This document shows positions 40,725 through 48,838 of a stretch of 49,117 nt of DNA, piece after piece. Location of the stretch: the sequence record SRR31156797_472; one strand, given 5' to 3'. The notes under the pieces were generated by a model. The model ran no database searches. It worked only from the letters and a program-made list of their open reading frames with translations, and had not been told where the DNA came from. The position numbers and the translations under genes were made by a program. Within the stretch, counting starts at the first letter, position 1. Each line of letters opens with the position of its first letter.

Positions 40725-41613
40725 AATTGCAATCATAGGGCTTGGTTCTATGGGAAAAAACCACTATAGAGTTTTAAAAACTATTTCTAGTGTCCAAATC
40801 GTTGCACTTTGTGATATAACGATAAATGATAGTGAATATAGTGAAAAAACCTACACAAACTTAGATGAGATGCTCAAAAGTGAGAAAGTAGATATGGCTA
40901 TTATAGCAGTACCTACAACTTTGCACAAAGAGGTAGCTCTCAAATGTTTAGAATATAACATCCACCTTTTAATCGAAAAACCTATTGCTATTGATATTGA
41001 AAGTGCTAATGATATTTTAGAAAAAGCTAATGAAAAAAATTTAAAAGTAAAAGTAGGATATATAGAAAGATTCAATCCTGTCGTTCAAGCTTTAAAAGAT
41101 GAATTAAAAGGTAGAGAAATTTATAGTATTAATATTACTAGAGTAGGCCCTTTTTTACCTAGAAATGAAGATTGTGGAATTTTAACAGACTTGGGTGTCC
41201 ATGATATTGATTTAATCAGATTTGTAACAGAAAAAGAGATTAGAAAAACATCTATTTATAAATCACAGAAAATTCATAAATACTATGAAGACAATGCCAT
41301 AGTCTCATGTGAATTAGAAGATGAAACTATGGTCTCAATAACAACTAACTGGCTTACACCATTTAAAAAAAGAAAAATAGAAGTGGCTTGTAAAGATGCT
41401 TACTTTGAAGCAGATTTAATGTCTCAAGAACTAATTGAATATTCAAATTATAAATTGAATAATTCATTTGTTACAAGAAGCTGTTTTGTTAGAAAAGGAG
41501 AACCTCTATTATTTGAACTTCAAGAGTTTATTAAATATATAAATGGTGATGAAGAAGTTAAAATTGCCTCAATAGAGGATAGTATTATATCACTAAAGCT
41601 CGTTAATGAATAA
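40717..41613 (+). CDS. gnnA: Gfo/Idh/MocA oxidoreductase (UDP-GlcNAc 3-dehydrogenase, GnnA-like)
   Basis: GLGSMGKNH, EKP, GYIERFNP, DLGVHDID. Start taken at ATG 40717 (ORF track 40708). Confidence 0.7.
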   Translation: MNKIAIIGLGSMGKNHYRVLKTISSVQIVALCDITINDSEYSEKTYTNLDEMLKSEKVDMAIIAVPTTLHKEVALKCLEYNIHLLIEKPIAIDIESANDILEKANEKNLKVKVGYIERFNPVVQALKDELKGREIYSINITRVGPFLPRNEDCGILTDLGVHDIDLIRFVTEKEIRKTSIYKSQKIHKYYEDNAIVSCELEDETMVSITTNWLTPFKKRKIEVACKDAYFEADLMSQELIEYSNYKLNNSFVTRSCFVRKGEPLLFELQEFIKYINGDEEVKIASIEDSIISLKLVNE

Positions 41614-42406
41614 AAATAGCTTTAACATTATAGATACAAATATCTCTATCGATGATTCTATTTCTATAGGAAACTTTAATACAGTTAAAGGAAATATTAA
41701 ACTAGGGAAAAATATAAAGATTGGAAATAATTGTACTATTGAGGGTAATATTACAATTGGGGATAATACAATTATTGGAAATAATGTTAGTATCTTAAAT
41801 AATATAAATATAGGCAAAAACAATCAAATTTATGATGGTTGTATCTTTGGATATGAAGCGCAACATTTGAAATATACACAAATAGAAAAAACTTTTATTG
41901 AAATCGGTGATGAAAATATCTTTAGAGAAAATTGTACTGTACATAATCCTTTTGTAACAAATACAACTAAAATTAAAAACAATTGTTATTTTATGGTAAA
42001 TACAAATATTCCACATGATGCAATGATTCATAATAATGTAACGATTGCATATAATGTAGCGATAGGTGGTCACTGCGAAATTTTTGAATATGCAAATATT
42101 GGATTGAATGTTTCGATTCATCAATTTATAAAAATAGGAGCATATTCTATGATTGGAATGGGAAGTGTAATTACAAAAGATGTACTACCTTTTCATTTAA
42201 TTTATGGTAATAAAAAAATGAATATAAAATTAAATAAGATAGGGTTTAATAGAAATTACAAGGGTTCAGGCACTCTTAATGATTTGGAAGAAATTCATAA
42301 AACGTTATTGAATAAAAATATTTCTATTGATTCATATGGAGTCACAAAAATAGGTTTAATATTTAAAGAATTTATCTCTTTATCTTCTAAGTATTATTCT
42401 CACTAA
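41606..42406 (+). CDS. LpxA-like acyl-ACP:UDP-sugar acyltransferase paralog
   Basis: Hexapeptide beta-helix; QHLKY, RENCTVH, PHD, GGH, IHQF, KDVLPF align with LpxA active-site segments. Confidence 0.78.
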   Translation: MNKNSFNIIDTNISIDDSISIGNFNTVKGNIKLGKNIKIGNNCTIEGNITIGDNTIIGNNVSILNNINIGKNNQIYDGCIFGYEAQHLKYTQIEKTFIEIGDENIFRENCTVHNPFVTNTTKIKNNCYFMVNTNIPHDAMIHNNVTIAYNVAIGGHCEIFEYANIGLNVSIHQFIKIGAYSMIGMGSVITKDVLPFHLIYGNKKMNIKLNKIGFNRNYKGSGTLNDLEEIHKTLLNKNISIDSYGVTKIGLIFKEFISLSSKYYSH

Positions 42407-42440
42407 AGAAGTGAAATCAGGAAATTACTTTTGAGTATTC

Positions 42441-42659
42441 TTATTCACTACTCTCTTGTAACTCTTTAATTTTTTCTATAGTATTAATATGACTTATAAC
42501 TCGTTTTTGCATAGTATACTTTTTGATATGTTTTGCTAAAATCTTTTGATATTTTTTATAATTTCGTGAACCCACTTCATAAGAAGCTAATTTTTTTTGG
42601 ATTTTTAAAATATTTTCAGGTACTGAATTTTTATATTCTACATCATTATTATCATTCAT
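42441..42659 (-). CDS. Small basic hypothetical protein
   Basis: 72-aa Lys-rich ORF with upstream GGAG and a consensus promoter. Confidence 0.7.
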   Translation of the reverse strand: MNDNNDVEYKNSVPENILKIQKKLASYEVGSRNYKKYQKILAKHIKKYTMQKRVISHINTIEKIKELQESSE

Positions 42660-42689
42660 TATAACACATCACTCCAAATTGATTAGTTT

Positions 42690-42729
42690 ATAAAAAACTA
42701 TTATATCAGAATAGTTTTTTATTTGTCAA
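42690..42729 (-). promoter_or_regulatory. Consensus sigma70 promoter overlapped by a perfect 13-bp inverted repeat (possibly also the hom terminator)
   Basis: Minus strand TTGACA (42724-42729)-N18-TATAAT (42700-42705) with TG extension; ATAAAAAACTATT-N7-AATAGTTTTTTAT at 42690-42722. Confidence 0.65.
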
Positions 42730-42733
42730 AGAT

Positions 42734-43999
42734 TTATTTTTCAATCCTAATCATCACAGGCTGACAATTAACTACTTTAAGATCAGTCAACTTTTTCAAA
42801 GCAGTCTTTATGTCTTTTTCCTTAGATTCATGTGTTGAAAACAATAGATTTGCACATCCCTCTTTAGAAGCTTTTTGTATCATAGTTTCTATTGAGATAT
42901 CCTCTTCACCTAAAATAGTTGCGACTTTTGCTAAAACGCCACTTTTATCTTCTACTTCCATTCTTATATAATATTTTGTAATGATATCTTCAGGAGATGC
43001 CAATTTTAGTTCACCCTCTAATGGTTTTGTAAACCCAAGCATTGGAGCACCTTTTCCACGACGTGCAATATCGATGATATTTGCTATAACGGCACTTGCA
43101 GTTGCATCTCCTCCTGCACCTGGACCTATGTAGAGTGTTTCATCTACTTTATCGCCTAATACACTTACCCCATTGAGTACACCATCAACTTTTGCGATCA
43201 TATCTTCAGTACTTACTAATGTAGGATGTACACGAAGTTCTACTTTACCCTCACTATTTTTTTGAGCGATTGCTAAAAGCTTAATTGCATAGTTATGCTC
43301 ATTTGCAAAATAGATATCATCCATTGAGATATTTTCAATCCCTTCTATTAATATCTCTTCAGGTTTTGCATCAATTCCATAGGCGATACTTGCAAGGATC
43401 AAAAGCTTGTGGGCAGCATCAAATCCACCCACATCAAAAGTAGGGTCAGCTTCTGCGTATCCTAGCTCTTGAGCTTCTTTGAGTACCTCATCATATGCAA
43501 CCCCTTCATTTACCATCTTTGTGAGCATATAATTACAAGTACCATTTAAAATACCCCAAATAGATACAATATGATTTGCACTGAGTCCATCTCTTAAAGC
43601 ATTGATAATAGGAATTCCACCTGCAACTGCTGCTTCAAATTCAAAAGGTGTATCTCCAGCTAACTCTTGAAGTTCATATCTATGATACGCAAGAAGAGCT
43701 TTATTTGCAGTAACAACTGCTTTTCCACGTTGAAGTGCTTTTTTTACCACTTCATAGGCTTGATCGACTCCACCCATAAGCTCAACTACCACATCAATAC
43801 TCTCATCTTCAAGTACATCATCTGGATTATCGGTAAGTTTTATTGAAACATCTCTTTTTTTATTTAAGTTATTCACTACTCCAATAACTGGCTGTATCTC
43901 TTTTCCTGCTCTTGCACTAATAATATCTTTATTATCTTCTAAGATTTGACATACACTTGTTCCAACAGTTCCTACTCCAATAATTCCAACTTTTAACAT
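42734..43999 (-). CDS. hom: Homoserine dehydrogenase with ACT domain
   Basis: GVGTVG, VTANK, EAAVAGGIP, NGTCNY, EADPTFD, GPGAG, C-terminal ACT domain. Confidence 0.97.
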   Translation of the reverse strand: MLKVGIIGVGTVGTSVCQILEDNKDIISARAGKEIQPVIGVVNNLNKKRDVSIKLTDNPDDVLEDESIDVVVELMGGVDQAYEVVKKALQRGKAVVTANKALLAYHRYELQELAGDTPFEFEAAVAGGIPIINALRDGLSANHIVSIWGILNGTCNYMLTKMVNEGVAYDEVLKEAQELGYAEADPTFDVGGFDAAHKLLILASIAYGIDAKPEEILIEGIENISMDDIYFANEHNYAIKLLAIAQKNSEGKVELRVHPTLVSTEDMIAKVDGVLNGVSVLGDKVDETLYIGPGAGGDATASAVIANIIDIARRGKGAPMLGFTKPLEGELKLASPEDIITKYYIRMEVEDKSGVLAKVATILGEEDISIETMIQKASKEGCANLLFSTHESKEKDIKTALKKLTDLKVVNCQPVMIRIEK

Positions 44000-45241
44000 C
44001 TATACTTCCTCTTTATCCTCAGGGATCTCACACCCATCATACTGTTTTAAAAACTTCTTAATATTTTTCGCAGCTTGTCTGATACGTTTATCATTCTCAA
44101 TTAAAGCGATTCTTACATACCCCTCACCATAATCTCCAAATCCAATCCCTGGAGCTACAGCCACATCTGCTTCTACAAGAAGTTTTTTTGCAAACTCTAA
44201 ACTTCCAAGATGCTCTACACATTTTGGAATTGGTGCCCATACAAACATACTTGCTTTATTACGTCGAAGTGGCCAACCAGCATTTTCAAATGCTTCAATA
44301 AGCACATTTTGTCTATGGTCATATTTATCTGTGATATCTTGTACACATTGTTGATCACCATTTAATGCAACTGTTGCAGCTACTTGAATAGGTGTAAACA
44401 TTCCATAATCTAACCATGACTTAATTTTTTGTAATGCACCTATTAGTTTTTTATTTCCTACAAAAAACCCTACTCTCCATCCTGCCATATTATATGACTT
44501 ACTCAAAGTAAAACTCTCTACGGCTACATCTGTAGCTCCTGGTACTTCCATAATTGATGGCGTTTTATATCCATCAAAAGTGATATCACCATAAGCAATA
44601 TCTGAAATTACATAAAATCTCTCTTTTTTTGCCATCTCCACAAGTCTTACATAAAACTCTGGTGTAACAGTTGCAGTACTTGGATTGTGTGGAAAGTTTA
44701 CCAATACATATTTAGGTCTTGGGCTTGCTTCTTTAAATACTCTCTCTAAGTCTTTAAAGAATTGATCCTCATCCACATTATAATCTTCATCAAATACGAT
44801 ACCAAACTTATGTACGTTTCCTCCAGCTAAGATAAATGCATAGCTATGGATTGGATATGTTGGATCAGGAACTACTGCCACATCTCCAGGATTTGTAATA
44901 GCATATGCTAAGTGAGCATATCCCTCTTTACTTCCCATTGTTGCAACACATTGTGTCTCTGGATCTAACACACAGTTATATCTTCTTTTATACCAATCTG
45001 CGATTGCTTTTAAAAGTTTTGGTATCCCTTTTGATGTTGAGTATCCGTGAGTTTTTGTTTTTTTGGCTGATTCAACGAGTTTTTCTCTAATGTGCTCAGG
45101 AGTATCCCCATCAGGGTTTCCCATAGAGAAGTCAATTACATCATATCCTTCTCTTCTTCTTTGCATCTTTAGCTCATTCACTTCAGCAAATACATATTTT
45201 GGTAGTCTTTCCATTCTATCAAATTTTATCTCGTCAAACAT
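44000..45241 (-). CDS. Class I PLP aminotransferase (AlaC/LL-DAP aminotransferase-like)
   Basis: MGNPD, GSKEG, NFPHNPS, DIAY, SKSYNMAGWRVG; immediately upstream of hom. Confidence 0.9.
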   Translation of the reverse strand: MFDEIKFDRMERLPKYVFAEVNELKMQRRREGYDVIDFSMGNPDGDTPEHIREKLVESAKKTKTHGYSTSKGIPKLLKAIADWYKRRYNCVLDPETQCVATMGSKEGYAHLAYAITNPGDVAVVPDPTYPIHSYAFILAGGNVHKFGIVFDEDYNVDEDQFFKDLERVFKEASPRPKYVLVNFPHNPSTATVTPEFYVRLVEMAKKERFYVISDIAYGDITFDGYKTPSIMEVPGATDVAVESFTLSKSYNMAGWRVGFFVGNKKLIGALQKIKSWLDYGMFTPIQVAATVALNGDQQCVQDITDKYDHRQNVLIEAFENAGWPLRRNKASMFVWAPIPKCVEHLGSLEFAKKLLVEADVAVAPGIGFGDYGEGYVRIALIENDKRIRQAAKNIKKFLKQYDGCEIPEDKEEV

Positions 45242-45244
45242 TTT

Positions 45245-46060
45245 TTACCTCACTATAATAGTTAATCCTCTTTTTATGTTAATAAGATTATATAAATCTG
45301 TCACTTTTATATACCGTGTCCCAGCAGGTGCATTCATCTTTATCTTTCTTTGATACGATTCATATTTGACTGTATCTAAAATATTCAAATTTTGATCAAA
45401 AAATACGATCTTTGGATACCATCTATTTAGATTATGACTTCTCACCTCTAAAGATTGTACCCCTTGTACACTCAATAATAAAGGTTTAAGCAGTTTTCTA
45501 AAATAGACTTTTTCATTGGTATCGATCAAAGTAGATTTTTCTAAAAATGCATTTGCAAAATCTATCTCATATGACCAATCCGCTTCATCAAGCTTAGTCA
45601 CATCAAGCACCCGGGCGCCATTTTGCTTGAGTTCTCTTATAAATACCACAGGGTCTAAATTGTACTCTGCGTTAAAAGAGATATCCCAAACTAAATACTC
45701 CGTATTATTTTCAAACACTTTTGTAAAAAAATATTTATATCCCAAAGTCTCCAAAGTATCATTTAGGATCTTATATCCTTTTTTGATATTATTATACACT
45801 TTAAATTTGATCGTTACATTTCCTCTTTGGGAAAGTCTTGTATCAAGGAGTCCATTCTCTTGTAGAGTTTTAAAAAGACTAAGATATCTGATATCTTCAC
45901 CATTGATATAATTTATTCTATTTTTAAAAAGATGCCCTACAAGACCTTTATGTATCTGGTAGTTTCTATCTCCTATAATATTTTGTATCTTCTCTTCAAG
46001 TTTTTGTGCTTGCAATAAAGAGGAGAATATAATAAAAGAAAGTAAAATATTACGCAACAT
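45245..46060 (-). CDS. Exported hypothetical protein
   Basis: N-terminal signal peptide (MLRNILLSFIIFSSLLQA); tightly coupled in the rlmB-hom operon. Confidence 0.75.
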   Translation of the reverse strand: MLRNILLSFIIFSSLLQAQKLEEKIQNIIGDRNYQIHKGLVGHLFKNRINYINGEDIRYLSLFKTLQENGLLDTRLSQRGNVTIKFKVYNNIKKGYKILNDTLETLGYKYFFTKVFENNTEYLVWDISFNAEYNLDPVVFIRELKQNGARVLDVTKLDEADWSYEIDFANAFLEKSTLIDTNEKVYFRKLLKPLLLSVQGVQSLEVRSHNLNRWYPKIVFFDQNLNILDTVKYESYQRKIKMNAPAGTRYIKVTDLYNLINIKRGLTIIVR

Positions 46061-46061
46061 A

Positions 46062-46742
46062 TTAGATCAACTCATATACCAAGATCGCAGCAGCTACAGA
46101 TACATTTAAACTATCAAAATCATTTTTCATCTTTATCGCCACTTTTTGATCTAATTTTTGTTCAAGTTTGTTAGATAATCCATTTGCTTCACTTCCTAGA
46201 AAAAGAGCTTTTTTCCCAGTTGATTTATCAATTGTTTTCAGATCATCTCCATCCATTGCTGCACCTATTAAAGTAAACTCTCTTTGCTTCAATTCATTTG
46301 CAAGATCAACACTACTATTATATAATGCAATATTCATATCAAGCATCGCTCCAGTACTTGTTCGAACTACTCCCTCAGGATTAAAGTTCTTAATACCACA
46401 AATCACTATGCCATCTACACCCAATGCATAGCAACTTCTAACAATCGCTCCAATATTTCCCACATCACTTAAACCATCAAGAACTACTATAAACTCGCCA
46501 AGTTTGAGCTGTGAAATAGGGGTAAATTCAAATGGTTCAATATCCAGCAAAAATCCTTGATGATTTCCACCACGAGCTAAGCTTTGAGCTTTTTTAGGAT
46601 CAGGTTTTATTATTTTAACCCCGATATCGATAAACTCTTTAAAAAGCTTTTTATCTATCTCTTTTGCTAAATATACTGTTTTTATTAATTTGGGATGTTG
46701 TTTTAAGATATATAAAACAACCTGTTTTCCATATACTATCAT
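46062..46742 (-). CDS. rlmB: 23S rRNA (Gm2251) 2'-O-methyltransferase, SPOUT
   Basis: YGK, NHQG, DVGNIGAIVRS, GSEANG, DSLNVSVAA. Confidence 0.92.
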   Translation of the reverse strand: MIVYGKQVVLYILKQHPKLIKTVYLAKEIDKKLFKEFIDIGVKIIKPDPKKAQSLARGGNHQGFLLDIEPFEFTPISQLKLGEFIVVLDGLSDVGNIGAIVRSCYALGVDGIVICGIKNFNPEGVVRTSTGAMLDMNIALYNSSVDLANELKQREFTLIGAAMDGDDLKTIDKSTGKKALFLGSEANGLSNKLEQKLDQKVAIKMKNDFDSLNVSVAAAILVYELI

Positions 46743-46748
46743 TTTGGG

Positions 46749-46754
46749 ATTTTA
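46749..46754 (-). promoter_or_regulatory. -10 box of a probably leaderless rlmB transcript
   Basis: Minus strand TAAAAT-CCCAAA-ATG; no SD. Confidence 0.55.
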
Positions 46755-46785
46755 TCTAATAAAACCTTAATAATAATAGTATAAT

Positions 46786-47190
46786 TTACTTGTGACAGTT
46801 TTTACAAACTCCTGAAAAAACAAGATCACTTTGATTGATATGAAACTCATGTTGCTTTGATATATCTTGTAGCATATTTTCCGTATCAACTTCTATATCG
46901 ATTATATTTCCGCAATGAGTGCACAGTAGATGAGAATGTCCATCTTTGACAATCTCATACATAGATTTCTCATTGGGTACTTTTACCTCCGATAATAATA
47001 AATTTTTTGTCATAGCATTTATATTTTTATATATAGTTGCTAGGGATATAGAATTGAATCTCTTTTTAACTTCACTATAAAGAGTATCAATATTGATATG
47101 TCCATATACTGCAATAATATCCATAATCGCAAGCCTCTGTGGCGTTGCCTTTAAATTGTGTTCTCTTAACATATTTGAAAAATTACTCAT
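46786..47190 (-). CDS. perR: Fur-family peroxide stress regulator PerR-like
   Basis: TPQR, H, SLATIYKN, HSH, CxxC...CxxC; near ahpC. Confidence 0.8.
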   Translation of the reverse strand: MSNFSNMLREHNLKATPQRLAIMDIIAVYGHINIDTLYSEVKKRFNSISLATIYKNINAMTKNLLLSEVKVPNEKSMYEIVKDGHSHLLCTHCGNIIDIEVDTENMLQDISKQHEFHINQSDLVFSGVCKNCHK

Positions 47191-47196
47191 GTTCGC

Positions 47197-47202
47197 ATTA
47201 TA
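47197..47202 (-). promoter_or_regulatory. -10 box of a probably leaderless perR transcript
   Basis: Minus strand TATAAT-GCGAAC-ATG; no SD. Confidence 0.6.
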
Positions 47203-47278
47203 TTACATAACATCTTGATTTGATGATAATAGTTCCTTTCTAATAAGATAATTTTAGTCTTTTATAAGATTTTTCTAT

Positions 47279-48277
47279 TTATAAATCTTTTTTAAACTCT
47301 TTTGGAGTTTTTTTATACCACTTTTTAAAAGCTCTATAAAAAGAGCTTACCTCAGAATATCCAAGTAAAAATGAGATAGTGGTATCATCTAAATTTGTAT
47401 TTTTTATATAATGTTCCGCTAAATTTTTTCTTACACTATTTAGAGCATCACTAAATTTTTTTGACTCTTTTTTTAAGTAGTTTTGCAAGGTTCGAACACT
47501 AAGACCTAGGTTAGTTGCAATAAAATTGATAGTAATATCTCTATCTCCAATATTTTTTAAAATCTCTTTTTCTGTCTTTTTAAACCAAGTATTATTTTCA
47601 AGATCTTCTAATATCTTATTGGCTTGGGCTTCAAAAAAACCAAGCATAGCTGGATCTGCATTATTTACTGAAGCTGTTAATTCGCTTTTTTTAAAATATA
47701 TAGCATTTTCATCATCTTCAAAATATATTTTTTTACCAAATATTTCGTAATATCTTTCCACATTCTCTTGTTTTGTATAAGAAAATGTGGCATAGGCTGG
47801 GAAAACTTTCTCCCCTAATATTTGTGATAAGATATTTAAAATACTACTTAAATGCACCTCAGCATGAAAACTAGGAACTGGGATATATCGATTTTCATTG
47901 ATATAAATCGCAAATTTATAATACTCTTCATCTTCAAAAAAGTGAAACTTCAAATGTTTACTTACAAGTTTTTGATAGGTATGAAACTTCTCGATCATAT
48001 CTTTAAGGTCACTTGCATTTAAAAGTAAATACCCTAAGATCCCTAAAGATTGATAAGGGATAGATTCCCCTATATCAAATGCAAGATTTGGATTATTGGT
48101 CTTTTCCATACAATATCTAAAAATTGCAGAAAGTTTATAGCTTTTAATGGTTCCATCTTTTCCTAGTTCATTAGCATCTAAATCAACAAAACTAGCCATC
48201 TCTTCAACAGAGATCTTTGTTTTGCTTTCTAAAGCTTTTAAGACATAATGAAAAGTAACACTTGATACCTCTGCCAT
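47279..48277 (-). CDS. AraC-family regulator (OruR-type N-terminal sensor domain)
   Basis: LGILGYLL N-domain; C-terminal double HTH (IA..LGLSVRTLQ, LGYSE.SSFYRAFKKW..TP). Confidence 0.9.
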   Translation of the reverse strand: MAEVSSVTFHYVLKALESKTKISVEEMASFVDLDANELGKDGTIKSYKLSAIFRYCMEKTNNPNLAFDIGESIPYQSLGILGYLLLNASDLKDMIEKFHTYQKLVSKHLKFHFFEDEEYYKFAIYINENRYIPVPSFHAEVHLSSILNILSQILGEKVFPAYATFSYTKQENVERYYEIFGKKIYFEDDENAIYFKKSELTASVNNADPAMLGFFEAQANKILEDLENNTWFKKTEKEILKNIGDRDITINFIATNLGLSVRTLQNYLKKESKKFSDALNSVRKNLAEHYIKNTNLDDTTISFLLGYSEVSSFYRAFKKWYKKTPKEFKKDL

Positions 48278-48300
48278 TTTTGCTCCATAATATTGTACAT

Positions 48301-48365
48301 TTTCGTAAAATGTCAGTAATTATTCATATAATAGCATAAAAAATATTTCAACGTTTGTATATAAT
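48301..48365 (+). promoter_or_regulatory. Candidate cowN promoter with tandem AraC-type sites
   Basis: TTTCGTAAAATGTCA (48301) and ATTCATATAATAGCA (48322): 10/15 identical, 21-bp period; TATAAT at 48360-48365. Confidence 0.45.
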
Positions 48366-48391
48366 TGTATAAAAAATAATGAGGAGATAAG

Positions 48392-48718
48392 ATGTGTAAG
48401 TGTAAAGAGAAAAAAGAGATACGTGTTGATGAGAGTTATGTGAGTTTTAAAGATATAGATTGTTTTGAAAATGCGTGCATGGTTATTGATAATCTTTTAA
48501 GACTGTGTAAAGATCCAAAACTAAACAATGCTTACTGGGAAAAATTTATCCCTAAAATTCCAAAAGCATACTATTCAAGAGATCCAAAAGATGATCCAAC
48601 AGAAGCCCTTTTATATCTAGTATGCTCTAATGCTTTTTATATAATAGAGCTTTTTGAAGAAGCAGACGATGATGAAGCGATCCATGCATTGGAGAAATGT
48701 GAACAGGAATGTTGTTAA
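48392..48718 (+). CDS. cowN: N2-fixation sustaining (CO-protection) protein CowN
   Basis: YVSF.DIDC..NA, NAYWEKF, L..V.SN...I.ELFE..DD.EA..ALE..E.ECC C-terminus; GAGGAG SD. Confidence 0.85.
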   Translation: MCKCKEKKEIRVDESYVSFKDIDCFENACMVIDNLLRLCKDPKLNNAYWEKFIPKIPKAYYSRDPKDDPTEALLYLVCSNAFYIIELFEEADDDEAIHALEKCEQECC

Positions 48719-48838
48719 TAATTTTTTTCTTTTACGAATCTTAATTTTTACAACTTATTGATTCACTAAGTTATATTTTTAAAAAAATTTACTACAATTC
48801 TAGCGATCAAAAATTTAAAACAAAAAAAGGAAACATAG

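Noticed and set aside
41650-41830. Quasi-periodic ATTGGA/AATAAT DNA repeats
   Set aside because: Explained by protein hexapeptide repeats; not a CRISPR array or DNA-level repeat
47221-47260. PerR/Fur box upstream of perR (GATAATAGTT...)
   Set aside because: Only a half-site match in AT-rich DNA; not enough support to call
2781-47750. About 20 short antisense or alternate-frame ORFs of 60-131 aa in the track (e.g. 3776-4030, 5288-5608, 41795-42124, 45516-45911)
   Set aside because: They overlap well-supported genes and have no recognisable motifs; shadow ORFs
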